Source: an uncultured bacterium (GTDB taxonomy: Bacteria; Verrucomicrobiota; Kiritimatiellia; RFP12; UBA1067). Taken from it: a DNA stretch of 57,977 bases. The position numbers and the translations under genes are program-made. Below, in pieces: positions 30,108-39,409 of the stretch. The notes below the pieces were generated by a model, which saw only the letters and a list, made by a program, of their open reading frames with translations, made no database searches and was not told the origin of the DNA. Position 1 is the first letter of the stretch. The number at the start of each line of letters is the position of its first letter. The stretch is taken from the NCBI GenBank assembly GCA_903935195.1, contig CAIZQW010000151.1, positions 1 through 57,977 of the forward strand, written 5' to 3'.

Positions 30108-30193
30108 AGTAGGTTGTAGGGGTTTAGACTGTAGGCGTTTAGGTTGCCTCCTTCGTCAGTTGGCTTCCACTTTCGCGAATACGGCTACGGAGG
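30108..30193. repeat. TGTAGG/TTTAGG octamer-like array plus expanded REP-like hairpin
   Basis: gtaggttgtaggggtttagactgtaggcgtttagg (inverse-like copy near 24852-24871); CCTCC-TTCG...GGCTAC-GGAGG at 30147-30193. Confidence 0.65.
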
Positions 30194-30281
30194 ACGAGGA
30201 CGTGACGGTGCGCAGGCGAAATCGGTGTGGCCAAGGATTCACAGGGAGTCCCCGTCGGCCGTGGCTGGCATATCATGGGAA

Positions 30282-33200
30282 CTAGGATTTATTGAGAGTC
30301 TTCTTTGTGAACAGGGTATAGCAGAGTGGTAGAATAGTGATGGTCAGGATGCCAGCCATGATGACCCCTCCGACGGAGGCAATGCCGATGCCTGCGCGAT
30401 TTTCGGCGCCGAGTCCAGTGTCAATAGCGAGGGGAAGCATACCGAGCCCAGAGGCCAAGACAACCATCAGCACAGGACGGAACTGATCCACCAGCGCGGC
30501 GAACATGGCGTCGCGACGGGCCATACCTTCTTGAATCAAGTGTCCCATCTTGTCTACAATCAGGATAGCTGCGTTCACGACAATGCCAATCAGCATGAGG
30601 ATGCCGAGAAGGACCAGAATACTGAAGTTGCTCCCCGTGACAAAGAGGCTGATGAGAACGCCCATTAAGCCCATGGGTAACGTGATCAGGACGAGCAGGG
30701 GACGACTCCATGACTCCAAGATGGCACAGAGGGTGAGTAGGGTCAGGAAGGCTGCCAGCAGGATGGCCTCTCCAAAATCTGCATTCGTCTCTGCCATCTG
30801 CTTCTCATCGCCACCGGCCTCTAGTTTGTAACCTGCTGGAACGAGATTTTTCTGTCGAACCTGTTGACGCAGTTGCTCGCCGACCTCGCTCACGGTTGAG
30901 CCTTTTGTGACATCGCCCAGAATCTTCGCGCCGCGCATCTTGTTGTAGCGGTAGATCTGAATTGTCGTATAGGAATCTACAATGTCAGCGACTGTCTCAA
31001 GGGGGATCGGCCTCCCGGGAGTTCCTGGTAGAAGAAATTGTGCGATTTGCGGTTTTCCCTCACGCTCGGCAAGCTTGACTCGAATCTTGTAGGTACGGTC
31101 ACCTTTTCGATAGTCGGCTACCTGTAAGCCATCAATGTTCGCCCGCATCAGGCTTGCCAGAGAAGCAGGGGGTATCTTTAAGTCTGCGAGGACGGCACGT
31201 TTAGGTAAAATTCGGATTTCCGGCTTGGGGTCACGGACAGTGGACTCCACGGTCTCCACGATCGGGAGGCTTTGTGCCGCTTCTGCAATAGCAGTGGAGG
31301 CGGTGGAGATTGTCTTTAACTCGTCTCCCGTTAAAATATATTCAATGCCATACGAGCGGTTGCCCATGGCATCCGAAACGCCGGCGCTGATACGACAGTC
31401 GGTCTCAGAGGCGAGGAGTTTTCGGATCTCCTGAGCACGGTCAAAGATGTCCCAGGAACGTTGGAACTTCGGTACACAGAAGAGTTCAATCTGTCCAAGG
31501 TAGACGCCAGTGTTGGCTTGTCCTGCTGTTGCGAGTGCGGATCCGACGGTCACTAGGATATGTTCGTTCCCTGGCAACTCTGAAATCCGCTTGGCTATAC
31601 CTTCGATGCGCTTGACAGAGGCGTCGAGATCGTAATAGGGCGGTAGTTCGACGCGGATCGTCATGCGGCCCTGGTCTTCGACTTCAATGAAGTTAAAGCC
31701 GATACGCCCTCCGCAGAACTTCATGGTGAGAAAGAACGCACCAATGAAGCCAAGGACAATCAGCAGGTTGATGGTCCGACTTGCTGCAAGGTGTCGCAAG
31801 AGATTGGTGAGCAAGATGCCTACATTCTGAAGCCAGCGGTCATGTGCTTTTGCAATGCGGAGGAAGATTGTCTGCTTGCGCTTACTGGCGGGTTCGAGCA
31901 AGAGGGCTGAAAGGATCGGTGTTAGTGTAAAACTGATCAGGATGGAGACTGCGTTGACGATCAGCGTGGTGATGGCGAAGGGAGCCAGGAAGCGACCGGC
32001 CAGGCTCGTCATCATGGCAATCGGGAACATCACGACAACATTCGTGCCCGCTGAAGCCAACACGGCGACGGTCATCTCCGAGGTGCCAATACGGGCGGCC
32101 TCCCAGTGGTCATCCATGGTCTCAAATTTCGAGAAGATGTTTTCAAGCACGACGATGGAATTGGAGACCAAGACGCCTGTTGAGAGTCCGATGGCCATCA
32201 ACGTCACGACATTGAGTGATTGTCCTGTAATATACATGAAGAAGAGGCTGATCACCATGGTGATCGGCATGGTGATGCCGACGATGATCGTGGTTCGGAT
32301 ATTAAAAAGGAAGAGGAAGAGGATTGTGGCGCAGAGGATAATGGCACTGAAAATACTGGTGAAGGTCGAGTCCACGACCGCTTGAATCGTAGCAGCATCA
32401 TCCGAGACCCACTGGAGTTCCATGCCAGAGGGAAGCGTAGCGAGAACCTCGTCAAAGCGCCGCCGGGTTTCATTGACAACGGCTACAGTATTTCCTTCAG
32501 CCTTTTTGATCACCTTGATGATGATCCCTTTCTTTCCATCGAGGGAGGCGCGTTCACGGACCTCTTTTGAGGCTTGTCGGATCGTGGCAAGGTCGCCCAG
32601 TTTCAACCGACGGCCTTCCGTAGTCGCGACTTCGATATTGGCAATGTCGGGAATGGACTGGTACTCCGCATCAAAACGAACCGAGAGTTCACCGCCGTCC
32701 TCCCGAATATTGCCGGAGGGCAGATTCAAGACACCGGCTTGGAGGGCTGAGCAAATTTCTAGGCTGGTCAAGCCTGCGGCCGCAAGCTTCTCACGGTGAA
32801 GTTCGATCCAGACTTCCCGTTCGTTACCACCGATCACCTTTACTGAGCCGACACCTGGCACGGTTGCAAAGCGGTCAGAAAGTTGATTGTCTGCATATTC
32901 ATACAGATCATCCAAGGGAGCGCTACCCGTCAGGAAGAGGTTTACAATGGGTATCGCGTTGATGTTCACCTTCTGGATGACGGGGCGGTCCGCATCTTTG
33001 GGAAGGTCCGCTAAAACGCCATCCAGCTTCTCGCGGATGTCCTGCGCTGCGACATCAATATCCACCGACAGATTAAATTCCAGTTGGACCTGACTGATGT
33101 TTTCCATGCTGGACGATTCAATCGTCTTCAGACCATCAATGCCGGAGATCGCGTCCTCAATGCGCTTGGTAATATCCTTCTCAATATCTTCTGGCGAGGC

Positions 33201-33359
33201 GCCGACCCACGTGGTAAGAATGACCGCGTAGGGGATGTCCACCGCTGGCATCTGTTCTAGTGGAATCTTGCGATAGGAATTTAATCCCAAGGCAATCAGT
33301 GCGATGAGCAGGCACGTAATGGCAATGGGACGTTTTGTTGAGGCAGTTGCTAAAAACAT
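30282..33359 (-). CDS. RND efflux permease (AcrB/AcrD/AcrF family)
   Basis: KRPI, GASPEDIEK.IT..IED, NSIVVLENI, GIVVNAAIL, FRPVLM; two sets of TM helices; GGAG before ATG 33359. Confidence 0.93.
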   Translation of the reverse strand: MFLATASTKRPIAITCLLIALIALGLNSYRKIPLEQMPAVDIPYAVILTTWVGASPEDIEKDITKRIEDAISGIDGLKTIESSSMENISQVQLEFNLSVDIDVAAQDIREKLDGVLADLPKDADRPVIQKVNINAIPIVNLFLTGSAPLDDLYEYADNQLSDRFATVPGVGSVKVIGGNEREVWIELHREKLAAAGLTSLEICSALQAGVLNLPSGNIREDGGELSVRFDAEYQSIPDIANIEVATTEGRRLKLGDLATIRQASKEVRERASLDGKKGIIIKVIKKAEGNTVAVVNETRRRFDEVLATLPSGMELQWVSDDAATIQAVVDSTFTSIFSAIILCATILFLFLFNIRTTIIVGITMPITMVISLFFMYITGQSLNVVTLMAIGLSTGVLVSNSIVVLENIFSKFETMDDHWEAARIGTSEMTVAVLASAGTNVVVMFPIAMMTSLAGRFLAPFAITTLIVNAVSILISFTLTPILSALLLEPASKRKQTIFLRIAKAHDRWLQNVGILLTNLLRHLAASRTINLLIVLGFIGAFFLTMKFCGGRIGFNFIEVEDQGRMTIRVELPPYYDLDASVKRIEGIAKRISELPGNEHILVTVGSALATAGQANTGVYLGQIELFCVPKFQRSWDIFDRAQEIRKLLASETDCRISAGVSDAMGNRSYGIEYILTGDELKTISTASTAIAEAAQSLPIVETVESTVRDPKPEIRILPKRAVLADLKIPPASLASLMRANIDGLQVADYRKGDRTYKIRVKLAEREGKPQIAQFLLPGTPGRPIPLETVADIVDSYTTIQIYRYNKMRGAKILGDVTKGSTVSEVGEQLRQQVRQKNLVPAGYKLEAGGDEKQMAETNADFGEAILLAAFLTLLTLCAILESWSRPLLVLITLPMGLMGVLISLFVTGSNFSILVLLGILMLIGIVVNAAILIVDKMGHLIQEGMARRDAMFAALVDQFRPVLMVVLASGLGMLPLAIDTGLGAENRAGIGIASVGGVIMAGILTITILPLCYTLFTKKTLNKS

Positions 33360-33390
33360 GGGTACTCCAGATAAAGGGGGTGACAACTAA

Positions 33391-34539
33391 CTATTTTAGA
33401 ATTGTGACGGCTAACCCTTCGCGCAGTTGCGATTGTCCCTCGGTGACAACGGTTTCGTTCTCCTCAAGACCTGCGACAATGGCGGTCCAACCATCATGGC
33501 TCAATCCTGTTTTCACCTTCTTCAATGTGACTTTTCCCTCTTTTGCGACGAAGAGTGCGGGAGAATCATTTCGAATCAACAGCGCGGTGGAAGGTACGGC
33601 AAGCGACCGACGTTTTTCAAAGACAACGGTTATTTCCGCCATGGTGCCTGCGATAGCTTCCGGGGCGTCCACCTTGCCTTTAATCTCGAAGGTGCGCAGG
33701 GTTGTGTCGATAACAGGGCTGCGATAGGTCACGCGAAAGGTTCCCGCCTCCTTTCCTGCAATCTTAAGCTGGGCCTCTGTTGCCCCCGGAACAACATCTC
33801 TATAATAGGCGGCTGGCAAAAACGCGACGGCCTCAAGTGACGACGGGTTTTCAATGCGAAGGATCACTTCTCCGATAGGAACCTGTTCGCCTGGCTCTTT
33901 GCGACGGAGGGTGACAATGCCGGAGAGAGGGGCAACGCTTTTAGTGTCATTCAGATTTTTTCGGCTGATCTCCAGGGTTGCGGTCGCCTGTCGGACCTGG
34001 CTCTCCGCGAGACCGACTTGCGCCTTTGAAACAGCGAGACCGACCTTGGCCTGTTCATGTTGAAGTTGATGAAGTTCAAATTCGTTATCAGTCACTCGCC
34101 CGTCCTTGTGGAGACGCTGAAAGCGTTCAAAATCACGTGCGACCTTTGTGGCCTCGGCCTCGGCTTTTCCCTGCGAGGCTTTTGCGACCTCCAGTGATGC
34201 TTGAGTCACCGCGCGTTGTTGTTCCGCGGAGGTTAATTCATTTTGGAGAGAGAGCGAGTCTAACTGAAAAAGAACACTCGTGTTGGCCTCCACGCGATCT
34301 CCTTCATCTACGTAGATTGCGTCGATATTTCCCGCAAGGCGCGAGGCGACGTTCGCAATCTGTTTGGCTTCAATATTGCCTTGAACCGTGAGCCGACGTT
34401 CAAAGGTACGGGGGAGGGCAGTGACGGTGCGTACAACAATTGACGTTTCTGTTTTCCGCGATGTCTTTGAATCTTCATTTTTGTTGCTGCAACCACCCCA
34501 GGTAGTCACGAGCAGTGCGAGGAGAATGTTTTTTTTCAT
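33391..34539 (-). CDS. RND periplasmic adaptor (membrane fusion protein), lipoprotein
   Basis: Lipobox WGGC, VDEGDRV, coiled hairpin, APLSG, TRTF-like TLRTF, VVTEG. Confidence 0.9.
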   Translation of the reverse strand: MKKNILLALLVTTWGGCSNKNEDSKTSRKTETSIVVRTVTALPRTFERRLTVQGNIEAKQIANVASRLAGNIDAIYVDEGDRVEANTSVLFQLDSLSLQNELTSAEQQRAVTQASLEVAKASQGKAEAEATKVARDFERFQRLHKDGRVTDNEFELHQLQHEQAKVGLAVSKAQVGLAESQVRQATATLEISRKNLNDTKSVAPLSGIVTLRRKEPGEQVPIGEVILRIENPSSLEAVAFLPAAYYRDVVPGATEAQLKIAGKEAGTFRVTYRSPVIDTTLRTFEIKGKVDAPEAIAGTMAEITVVFEKRRSLAVPSTALLIRNDSPALFVAKEGKVTLKKVKTGLSHDGWTAIVAGLEENETVVTEGQSQLREGLAVTILK

Positions 34540-34552
34540 AGGTAGTTCTTTC

Positions 34553-35947
34553 TTACTTGGTTAGTTCAGATTGTCCAGGGAGTTTAGTAATACCCATGGC
34601 GAGTTCAAGAGAGGAGAGGGCCATGCGTTCTAAATAGGTCGTCTGGATATACTGGATATGCGCGGTATCCATGGCTGCCAGTGCATCGAGCGCTTCGCTC
34701 TGAGGCAGGAGACCTTCTTTTGTCTTAGCGTCATAGGCTGTGAATTTCTCGCGTGCAACCTGATACGCTTGCTCTGCAACACGCCGGTTTTCGACAATAT
34801 CGTGAAAGGCGCCATCTGCAGTGAGAACACGGACGATGACGGAGAGGAAGGTAGCTTCGCGTTCGCGTTGGCTTTTGGTTCGTTCGGTTTTAGCGACCTG
34901 GAGATTGTTGTAATGTGCAAAGCCATTGAAGACCGTCCATGCCGCTGAAAATCCCGCCATCCACATCGAACTCGAAGAGGCGAGCTCTGGAAGCGTGGCG
35001 GCAAAGCTGGAGAGATCAACCCAGCGCAACTCCCCAAAGACGGCAAGGGTTGGAACAAACTTTGCAAAGGCTTGCCGTACTTGGTTCTCCCGTGCAACGA
35101 TCAGGCGATCTGCCAGTGAAAGCTCTGGATGGTTCATCAAGGCTGTGAGGACCATATCCTCGAGAGGTTCATCATGCTTTTGAATCGGGGTTAGCTGCGG
35201 GTCAAGCTGGAGCGGGGCAAGAGGGGAGAGCCCCATGGTTTGAAGAAAGGTCGCACGCAGGAGACCAGCCTGTCTTTTTGCATGACTGAGTTCTGCTGCG
35301 CGTGCTTCGGCGAGAAGCCGCGCTTGGTTGCGTTCCCATGTTGCTACAAAGCCCTCAGCGGCGAGACCTTCAATCCGATTCGTCAATGCCTGGGCTGCAA
35401 CGAGCTGAGATTCGAGTGCCTGGATCATGTCGAGCTGAAGACGAAGCTGGTAATATTGTACAGTCGTCTGAAGAATAATGTTTTGGCGTGTGTAGTTGGC
35501 GGCAAGCTCGGCGGAGGCATACCCATCGCAGGTGGCCCCATACAGGAACCATGTTGCGGGGGCGAAGACAGGCATGGTCACAGTTGCAACTGCCATTTGG
35601 AAATCCATATTCTTCGAACTGGGGATCATGTCAAACGTGTTGTAACCATACGATGCGGCAACTTGCGGTAGGAAGGCGGAAAAGGCGACGTTTTTATTGA
35701 GTTTTGCAAGGTGCGTGTCAAGATCAGCCAGCCGGATGGTATAGTTGTTGGTCAAGGCGATACGCAGGCAATTCTCTAAGGTGAGTGGCGCCGTTAATAG
35801 CCGCGCTTGCGCTTCCTGTAACTGCGCGCTAAATACCTGCGTCTGCTCTTTTCGTTCCTTGACAGGATCAAGGGTTGAGCACCCGTAAAAAAGTGCGGAG
35901 AAAAGAAAGAGAGTCAAAAGATTAAGGTGAAGGGGAATAGCTTTCAT
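34553..35947 (-). CDS. TolC-family outer membrane factor
   Basis: Lipobox FYGC, LTLENCLRIALTNN, FLPQV, ALMNHPEL; operon context. Confidence 0.85.
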   Translation of the reverse strand: MKAIPLHLNLLTLFLFSALFYGCSTLDPVKERKEQTQVFSAQLQEAQARLLTAPLTLENCLRIALTNNYTIRLADLDTHLAKLNKNVAFSAFLPQVAASYGYNTFDMIPSSKNMDFQMAVATVTMPVFAPATWFLYGATCDGYASAELAANYTRQNIILQTTVQYYQLRLQLDMIQALESQLVAAQALTNRIEGLAAEGFVATWERNQARLLAEARAAELSHAKRQAGLLRATFLQTMGLSPLAPLQLDPQLTPIQKHDEPLEDMVLTALMNHPELSLADRLIVARENQVRQAFAKFVPTLAVFGELRWVDLSSFAATLPELASSSSMWMAGFSAAWTVFNGFAHYNNLQVAKTERTKSQREREATFLSVIVRVLTADGAFHDIVENRRVAEQAYQVAREKFTAYDAKTKEGLLPQSEALDALAAMDTAHIQYIQTTYLERMALSSLELAMGITKLPGQSELTK

Positions 35948-35948
35948 T

Positions 35949-36407
35949 TCAGAAATCCCGATTTAGTTGTGTCATCTGCTCTGCCATTTTTTCTGCGAGC
36001 GTTTTCAATTGTGTCCGTTCTTTCTCTGAAAAATTGTTGAAAGCCTGTATTTCAAAGAGGAGAAGTTTATCAAGTAAGGTTTTTGCAAGAGCTTGTCCTT
36101 TTGACGAGAGGACGATGATCTTCTTTCTGCGGTCCTCGGGATGGGGTGTGCGTGTGGCCAGGCCTTGTCGCTCTAAAGCATCCAGAACGAATGTCATGCT
36201 TTGTCGCGGGATATAGATGGCGTCAGCCAGTCTTGCTGGCTCGGCATCCTCAGGATGGACATAGAGATGAATCGTCGCGCCAGCCACGCTAAAGGGAAGC
36301 CCAGATTGATTCAAGTGGCCCACCATAGCGCTGTAGATCGTTCGCCAGACAGGGAGCATGCTCGTTGCCGGTAATGTCACCCCGTTACTCGTTTTAGCGT
36401 CAGTCAT
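35949..36407 (-). CDS. MarR-family transcriptional regulator
   Basis: Winged helix with LERQGL..R..HPEDRR...LSSKG; first gene of the efflux operon. Confidence 0.9.
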   Translation of the reverse strand: MTDAKTSNGVTLPATSMLPVWRTIYSAMVGHLNQSGLPFSVAGATIHLYVHPEDAEPARLADAIYIPRQSMTFVLDALERQGLATRTPHPEDRRKKIIVLSSKGQALAKTLLDKLLLFEIQAFNNFSEKERTQLKTLAEKMAEQMTQLNRDF

Positions 36408-36432
36408 AAAATCTCCATTTATATTGATTAAG

Positions 36433-36452
36433 ATAATACCATATCGGACTAT
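36433..36452. promoter_or_regulatory. Putative MarR operator overlapping the marR promoter
   Basis: Imperfect palindrome ATAATACCATATCGGACTAT (14/20 self-complementary) within minus-strand TTGCCT-16 nt-TATTAT. Confidence 0.45.
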
Positions 36453-36579
36453 TTAGGCAAGGAGCAATTTTTCTGAGGTTCCTTTTGAGCGTTTACTTTT
36501 TACCAGATGTATGGTACTTTTTAAGCTGTTTTCTTGTTAAGGGTCTAACGATTTACTCAACAAACAAAAAGGAGATCAA

Positions 36580-37296
36580 ATGAAAAGAGAAATTATGTCA
36601 GGTGCACTTATGGGTGCCTTTGCTTTAGCACTGATGACAGGATGTGTCACTTCAACATGTAAAGTGTGTCCATTTTCGAAGGCCGCAGACACGAAGTCAA
36701 TCTACTATAAAGACGGCAAGTTTGACGCAGCCAAGGGGAAACAGGCCTACTTTGCCATGATGAAGCGTTTCAATGTGCCCGTCTATGAAGCTTTAGTCAA
36801 AGATGAGGGATACTTCTGGGTCCTTGATTTTAACAAAGGTGATTTTGATTCCTACGGCATGGGTGGCGTCTTTTGGTCCAACACGAAAATGCCAGGAAAT
36901 TATGGCTATCTTGGCCATGAAATCTATTTGTTGCCGAATCAAAGCATTCCCGAACATCGTCATCTGGTGACCAAGGATGATAAGGGCGCTACGATCCCTG
37001 CAAAAGAGGAATCTTGGATGGTTCGTAATGGCTATGTTTACGGTTTCAGTGAAGTCGGGGAGCCCAATCTGGACAAGTACCCAGAGGCAAAGGCTCTCCT
37101 GTCACGCGTGCAGATTCCTTATCTCAAGAGCTTGCATGTGGAGAAGTGGGTGGCTGATGGACGCACGCATGTGATGCCAAAGACGGAGACCTGGCACTTC
37201 ATGATGGCAGGGCCGGAAGGCGCTATCATCTCCGAATTTGCAACGTATCATGATATGGCAGGTCTTCGGTTCAGCGTTCCTGGCGCGAAACCATAA
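36580..37296 (+). CDS. D-lyxose/D-mannose isomerase-like cupin with a lipoprotein signal
   Basis: LLPNQSIPEHRH, KEESW, WHF, IISEFAT resemble the D-lyxose ketol-isomerase cupin motifs; N-terminal LMTG-C lipobox. Confidence 0.65.
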   Translation: MKREIMSGALMGAFALALMTGCVTSTCKVCPFSKAADTKSIYYKDGKFDAAKGKQAYFAMMKRFNVPVYEALVKDEGYFWVLDFNKGDFDSYGMGGVFWSNTKMPGNYGYLGHEIYLLPNQSIPEHRHLVTKDDKGATIPAKEESWMVRNGYVYGFSEVGEPNLDKYPEAKALLSRVQIPYLKSLHVEKWVADGRTHVMPKTETWHFMMAGPEGAIISEFATYHDMAGLRFSVPGAKP

Positions 37297-37333
37297 GTGA
37301 ATGATCTATTTTTAACAAGAGAGGTATAAGACA

Positions 37334-37645
37334 ATGAAATTACTGCATATTGGGTATCCAGTTTTTGAAAAGATGGAAGGCATGATGTATGCCGATTCGT
37401 TAAAGGTGTGGTTCACGGATCCGAGCACGAACCCCTACAACATTGAGTTCGTCTATTTTGAACCAGACTGCCCCATGGCAGCCGCGATCCAAGATACCGT
37501 GCATATCGCCTTCCAGGTTGATAACATCGAGGAAGCGGTGAAGGGTAAGAGTATCCTGTGGCCGATCTGCGAACCGGGACCTGGTATGAAAATTGCCTTT
37601 GTCTATGATCAAGGGACTCCAATTGAATTTGTGCAACTCGGCTAA
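37334..37645 (+). CDS. Small VOC/glyoxalase-like protein
   Basis: LHIG, IEFV, HIAFQVDNIEEA, IEFVQ; GAGG RBS. Confidence 0.7.
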   Translation: MKLLHIGYPVFEKMEGMMYADSLKVWFTDPSTNPYNIEFVYFEPDCPMAAAIQDTVHIAFQVDNIEEAVKGKSILWPICEPGPGMKIAFVYDQGTPIEFVQLG

Positions 37646-37663
37646 TAAGAAAGGTTAAATCGT

Positions 37664-38665
37664 ATGGCTATGAAAAAGTTTTTGAATGATCCGGCAAATA
37701 TCACCAAGGAACTACTGGAGGGAATGACGGCGTGTTATTCGAACAAGGTCAAGTTGGTGAACGAAAAGATTGTGGTCCGTGCAGCGCCGAAATGCGAGTG
37801 CAAGGTGGCGATCGTCTCCCTAGGCGGTACCGGTCATGAACCGGCGATCAGCGGGTTCGTGGGCGAAGGCATGTTAGATGCGAGTGTCGCCGGCGATATC
37901 TTTGCCGCGCCCGGTGCTCCGAAGGTCCTGGAAGCCCTCCGTCTCTTCAAACGTGAAGCAGGTATCATTCTCGTAACCTTGAACCATGCGGGCGACCGTA
38001 TGAGCGCAAACAAGGCCCTTCGTGATGCACAGAAGGAAGGCATCAAGGTCATGGAGATCGTGACGCAAGAAGATATCAGTGCAGGCATTGATATTGATCC
38101 GGAGGAGAAGCGTGGACTCGGAGGTTGCATCCCACTCTTTAAGGTGATCGGTGCCGCTGCAGAGCAGGGCAAAAATATCGATGAGATTTATGAGATCGGC
38201 CAGCGCTTTAACAAGCAGATGGCAACCTTGGCTGTGGCCATGACAGGCTGCACCCATCCTCAAAACGGCGGTGTGATTGCTGTTCTGCCCGAAGATGAAA
38301 TGGAAATCGGCATGGGACAGCACGGCGAAGCCGGTGGCGGACGCAGCAAGATCCTGACGGCTGATGAGACTGCCGCGAAGATGATCGCTCCACTGATGAA
38401 GGCGACTGGCGTGAAGGCAGGCGACGCCGCAATGCTGATCGTCAATGGCGTTGGCGCGACCACCCTCATGGAGATGTTTGTCGTCTACCGTAAGGCTGCG
38501 GCCCTTCTCGCTGAGAAAGGCGTGAAAACGGTTCCTGGCATTTGCGACGAACTGCTGACCGTCCAGGAGATGGCTGGCTTCCAGATGATTCTCTGCAAGC
38601 TGGACCCCGATCATGTCGAGCTCATGAAGGCGACAGCGAACAGCCCGTACTGGACCGTGAATTGA
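37664..38665 (+). CDS. dhaK: Dihydroxyacetone kinase-family substrate-binding subunit
   Basis: MKKFLND, GGTGHEPA, GDIFAAP, NHAGD, EIGMGQHGEAG. Confidence 0.88.
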   Translation: MAMKKFLNDPANITKELLEGMTACYSNKVKLVNEKIVVRAAPKCECKVAIVSLGGTGHEPAISGFVGEGMLDASVAGDIFAAPGAPKVLEALRLFKREAGIILVTLNHAGDRMSANKALRDAQKEGIKVMEIVTQEDISAGIDIDPEEKRGLGGCIPLFKVIGAAAEQGKNIDEIYEIGQRFNKQMATLAVAMTGCTHPQNGGVIAVLPEDEMEIGMGQHGEAGGGRSKILTADETAAKMIAPLMKATGVKAGDAAMLIVNGVGATTLMEMFVVYRKAAALLAEKGVKTVPGICDELLTVQEMAGFQMILCKLDPDHVELMKATANSPYWTVN

Positions 38666-38666
38666 G

Positions 38667-38756
38667 TGGAATAATGGAATGATGGAATAATGGAATAGCA
38701 GGCGTGAGAAAATTTCTTCACCCAACATTCCACTATTCCGCTATTCCAACATTCCA
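38667..38756. repeat. Inverted octamer arrays (TGGAATAA-type x4 / CTATTCCA-type x4) around a small hairpin
   Basis: tggaataa tggaatga tggaataa tggaatag ... acattcca ctattccg ctattcca acattcca. Confidence 0.85.
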
Positions 38757-38774
38757 ATGTATTTAAGGTAACTT

Positions 38775-39389
38775 ATGCTGACATTACAGAAGTTTAAAGA
38801 GATGATGACGGCTGCGGGTGCCGAGATCCGTAAGAGCGAAAAACATTTTTCGGAATTGGATGCCGCGTCGGGTGGTGATGGTGATCATGGTACGGCGATT
38901 GTCACAGCCTTTAATGCGATGGATAAGGTGACCGAGGCGATGTGCTTCAAGCGTTACCTGAAGGCCTTAACTGATACCCTGCAGAATGAGGCTTGCGGTT
39001 CAACCAGCACTCTGTACGGCTCTTGGTTGCAAGGCATGAGCGATGCAGCACCAGAAAAGGTCACGGAACTCGATGCTGCTGGTGTTGCCGCCCTCTTTAA
39101 AGGTGGCTTGGAGGAGATTGGTTTTACCACAAAAGCGCGGGTAGGGGATAAAACCCTGATGGATGCCCTGATCCCTGCAACAGAGGCGCTTTGCGCCGCA
39201 GCAGGCAGTGGTGTTCCCGCGATGTTCAAGGCTGGGGCAGAAGCCGCACTCAAGGGTTCCGAAGCGACGCGCGCGATGCGTGCGAAGTTTGGTCGTGCGA
39301 AAAACTTAGGCGAACGTTCAATCGGGCCTGTTGACGCAGGCTCCGCCTCCATGGCCACAATTTTCGCCGCTTTTTCAAAAGCATTCTAA
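38775..39389 (+). CDS. dhaL: Dihydroxyacetone kinase-family ADP-binding subunit (DAK2 domain)
   Basis: LDAASGGDGDHG, GDKTLMDALIP, GRAKNLGERS, DAGS. Confidence 0.88.
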   Translation: MLTLQKFKEMMTAAGAEIRKSEKHFSELDAASGGDGDHGTAIVTAFNAMDKVTEAMCFKRYLKALTDTLQNEACGSTSTLYGSWLQGMSDAAPEKVTELDAAGVAALFKGGLEEIGFTTKARVGDKTLMDALIPATEALCAAAGSGVPAMFKAGAEAALKGSEATRAMRAKFGRAKNLGERSIGPVDAGSASMATIFAAFSKAF

Positions 39390-39409
39390 TTAGGAAAGGA
39401 TAGACGATT

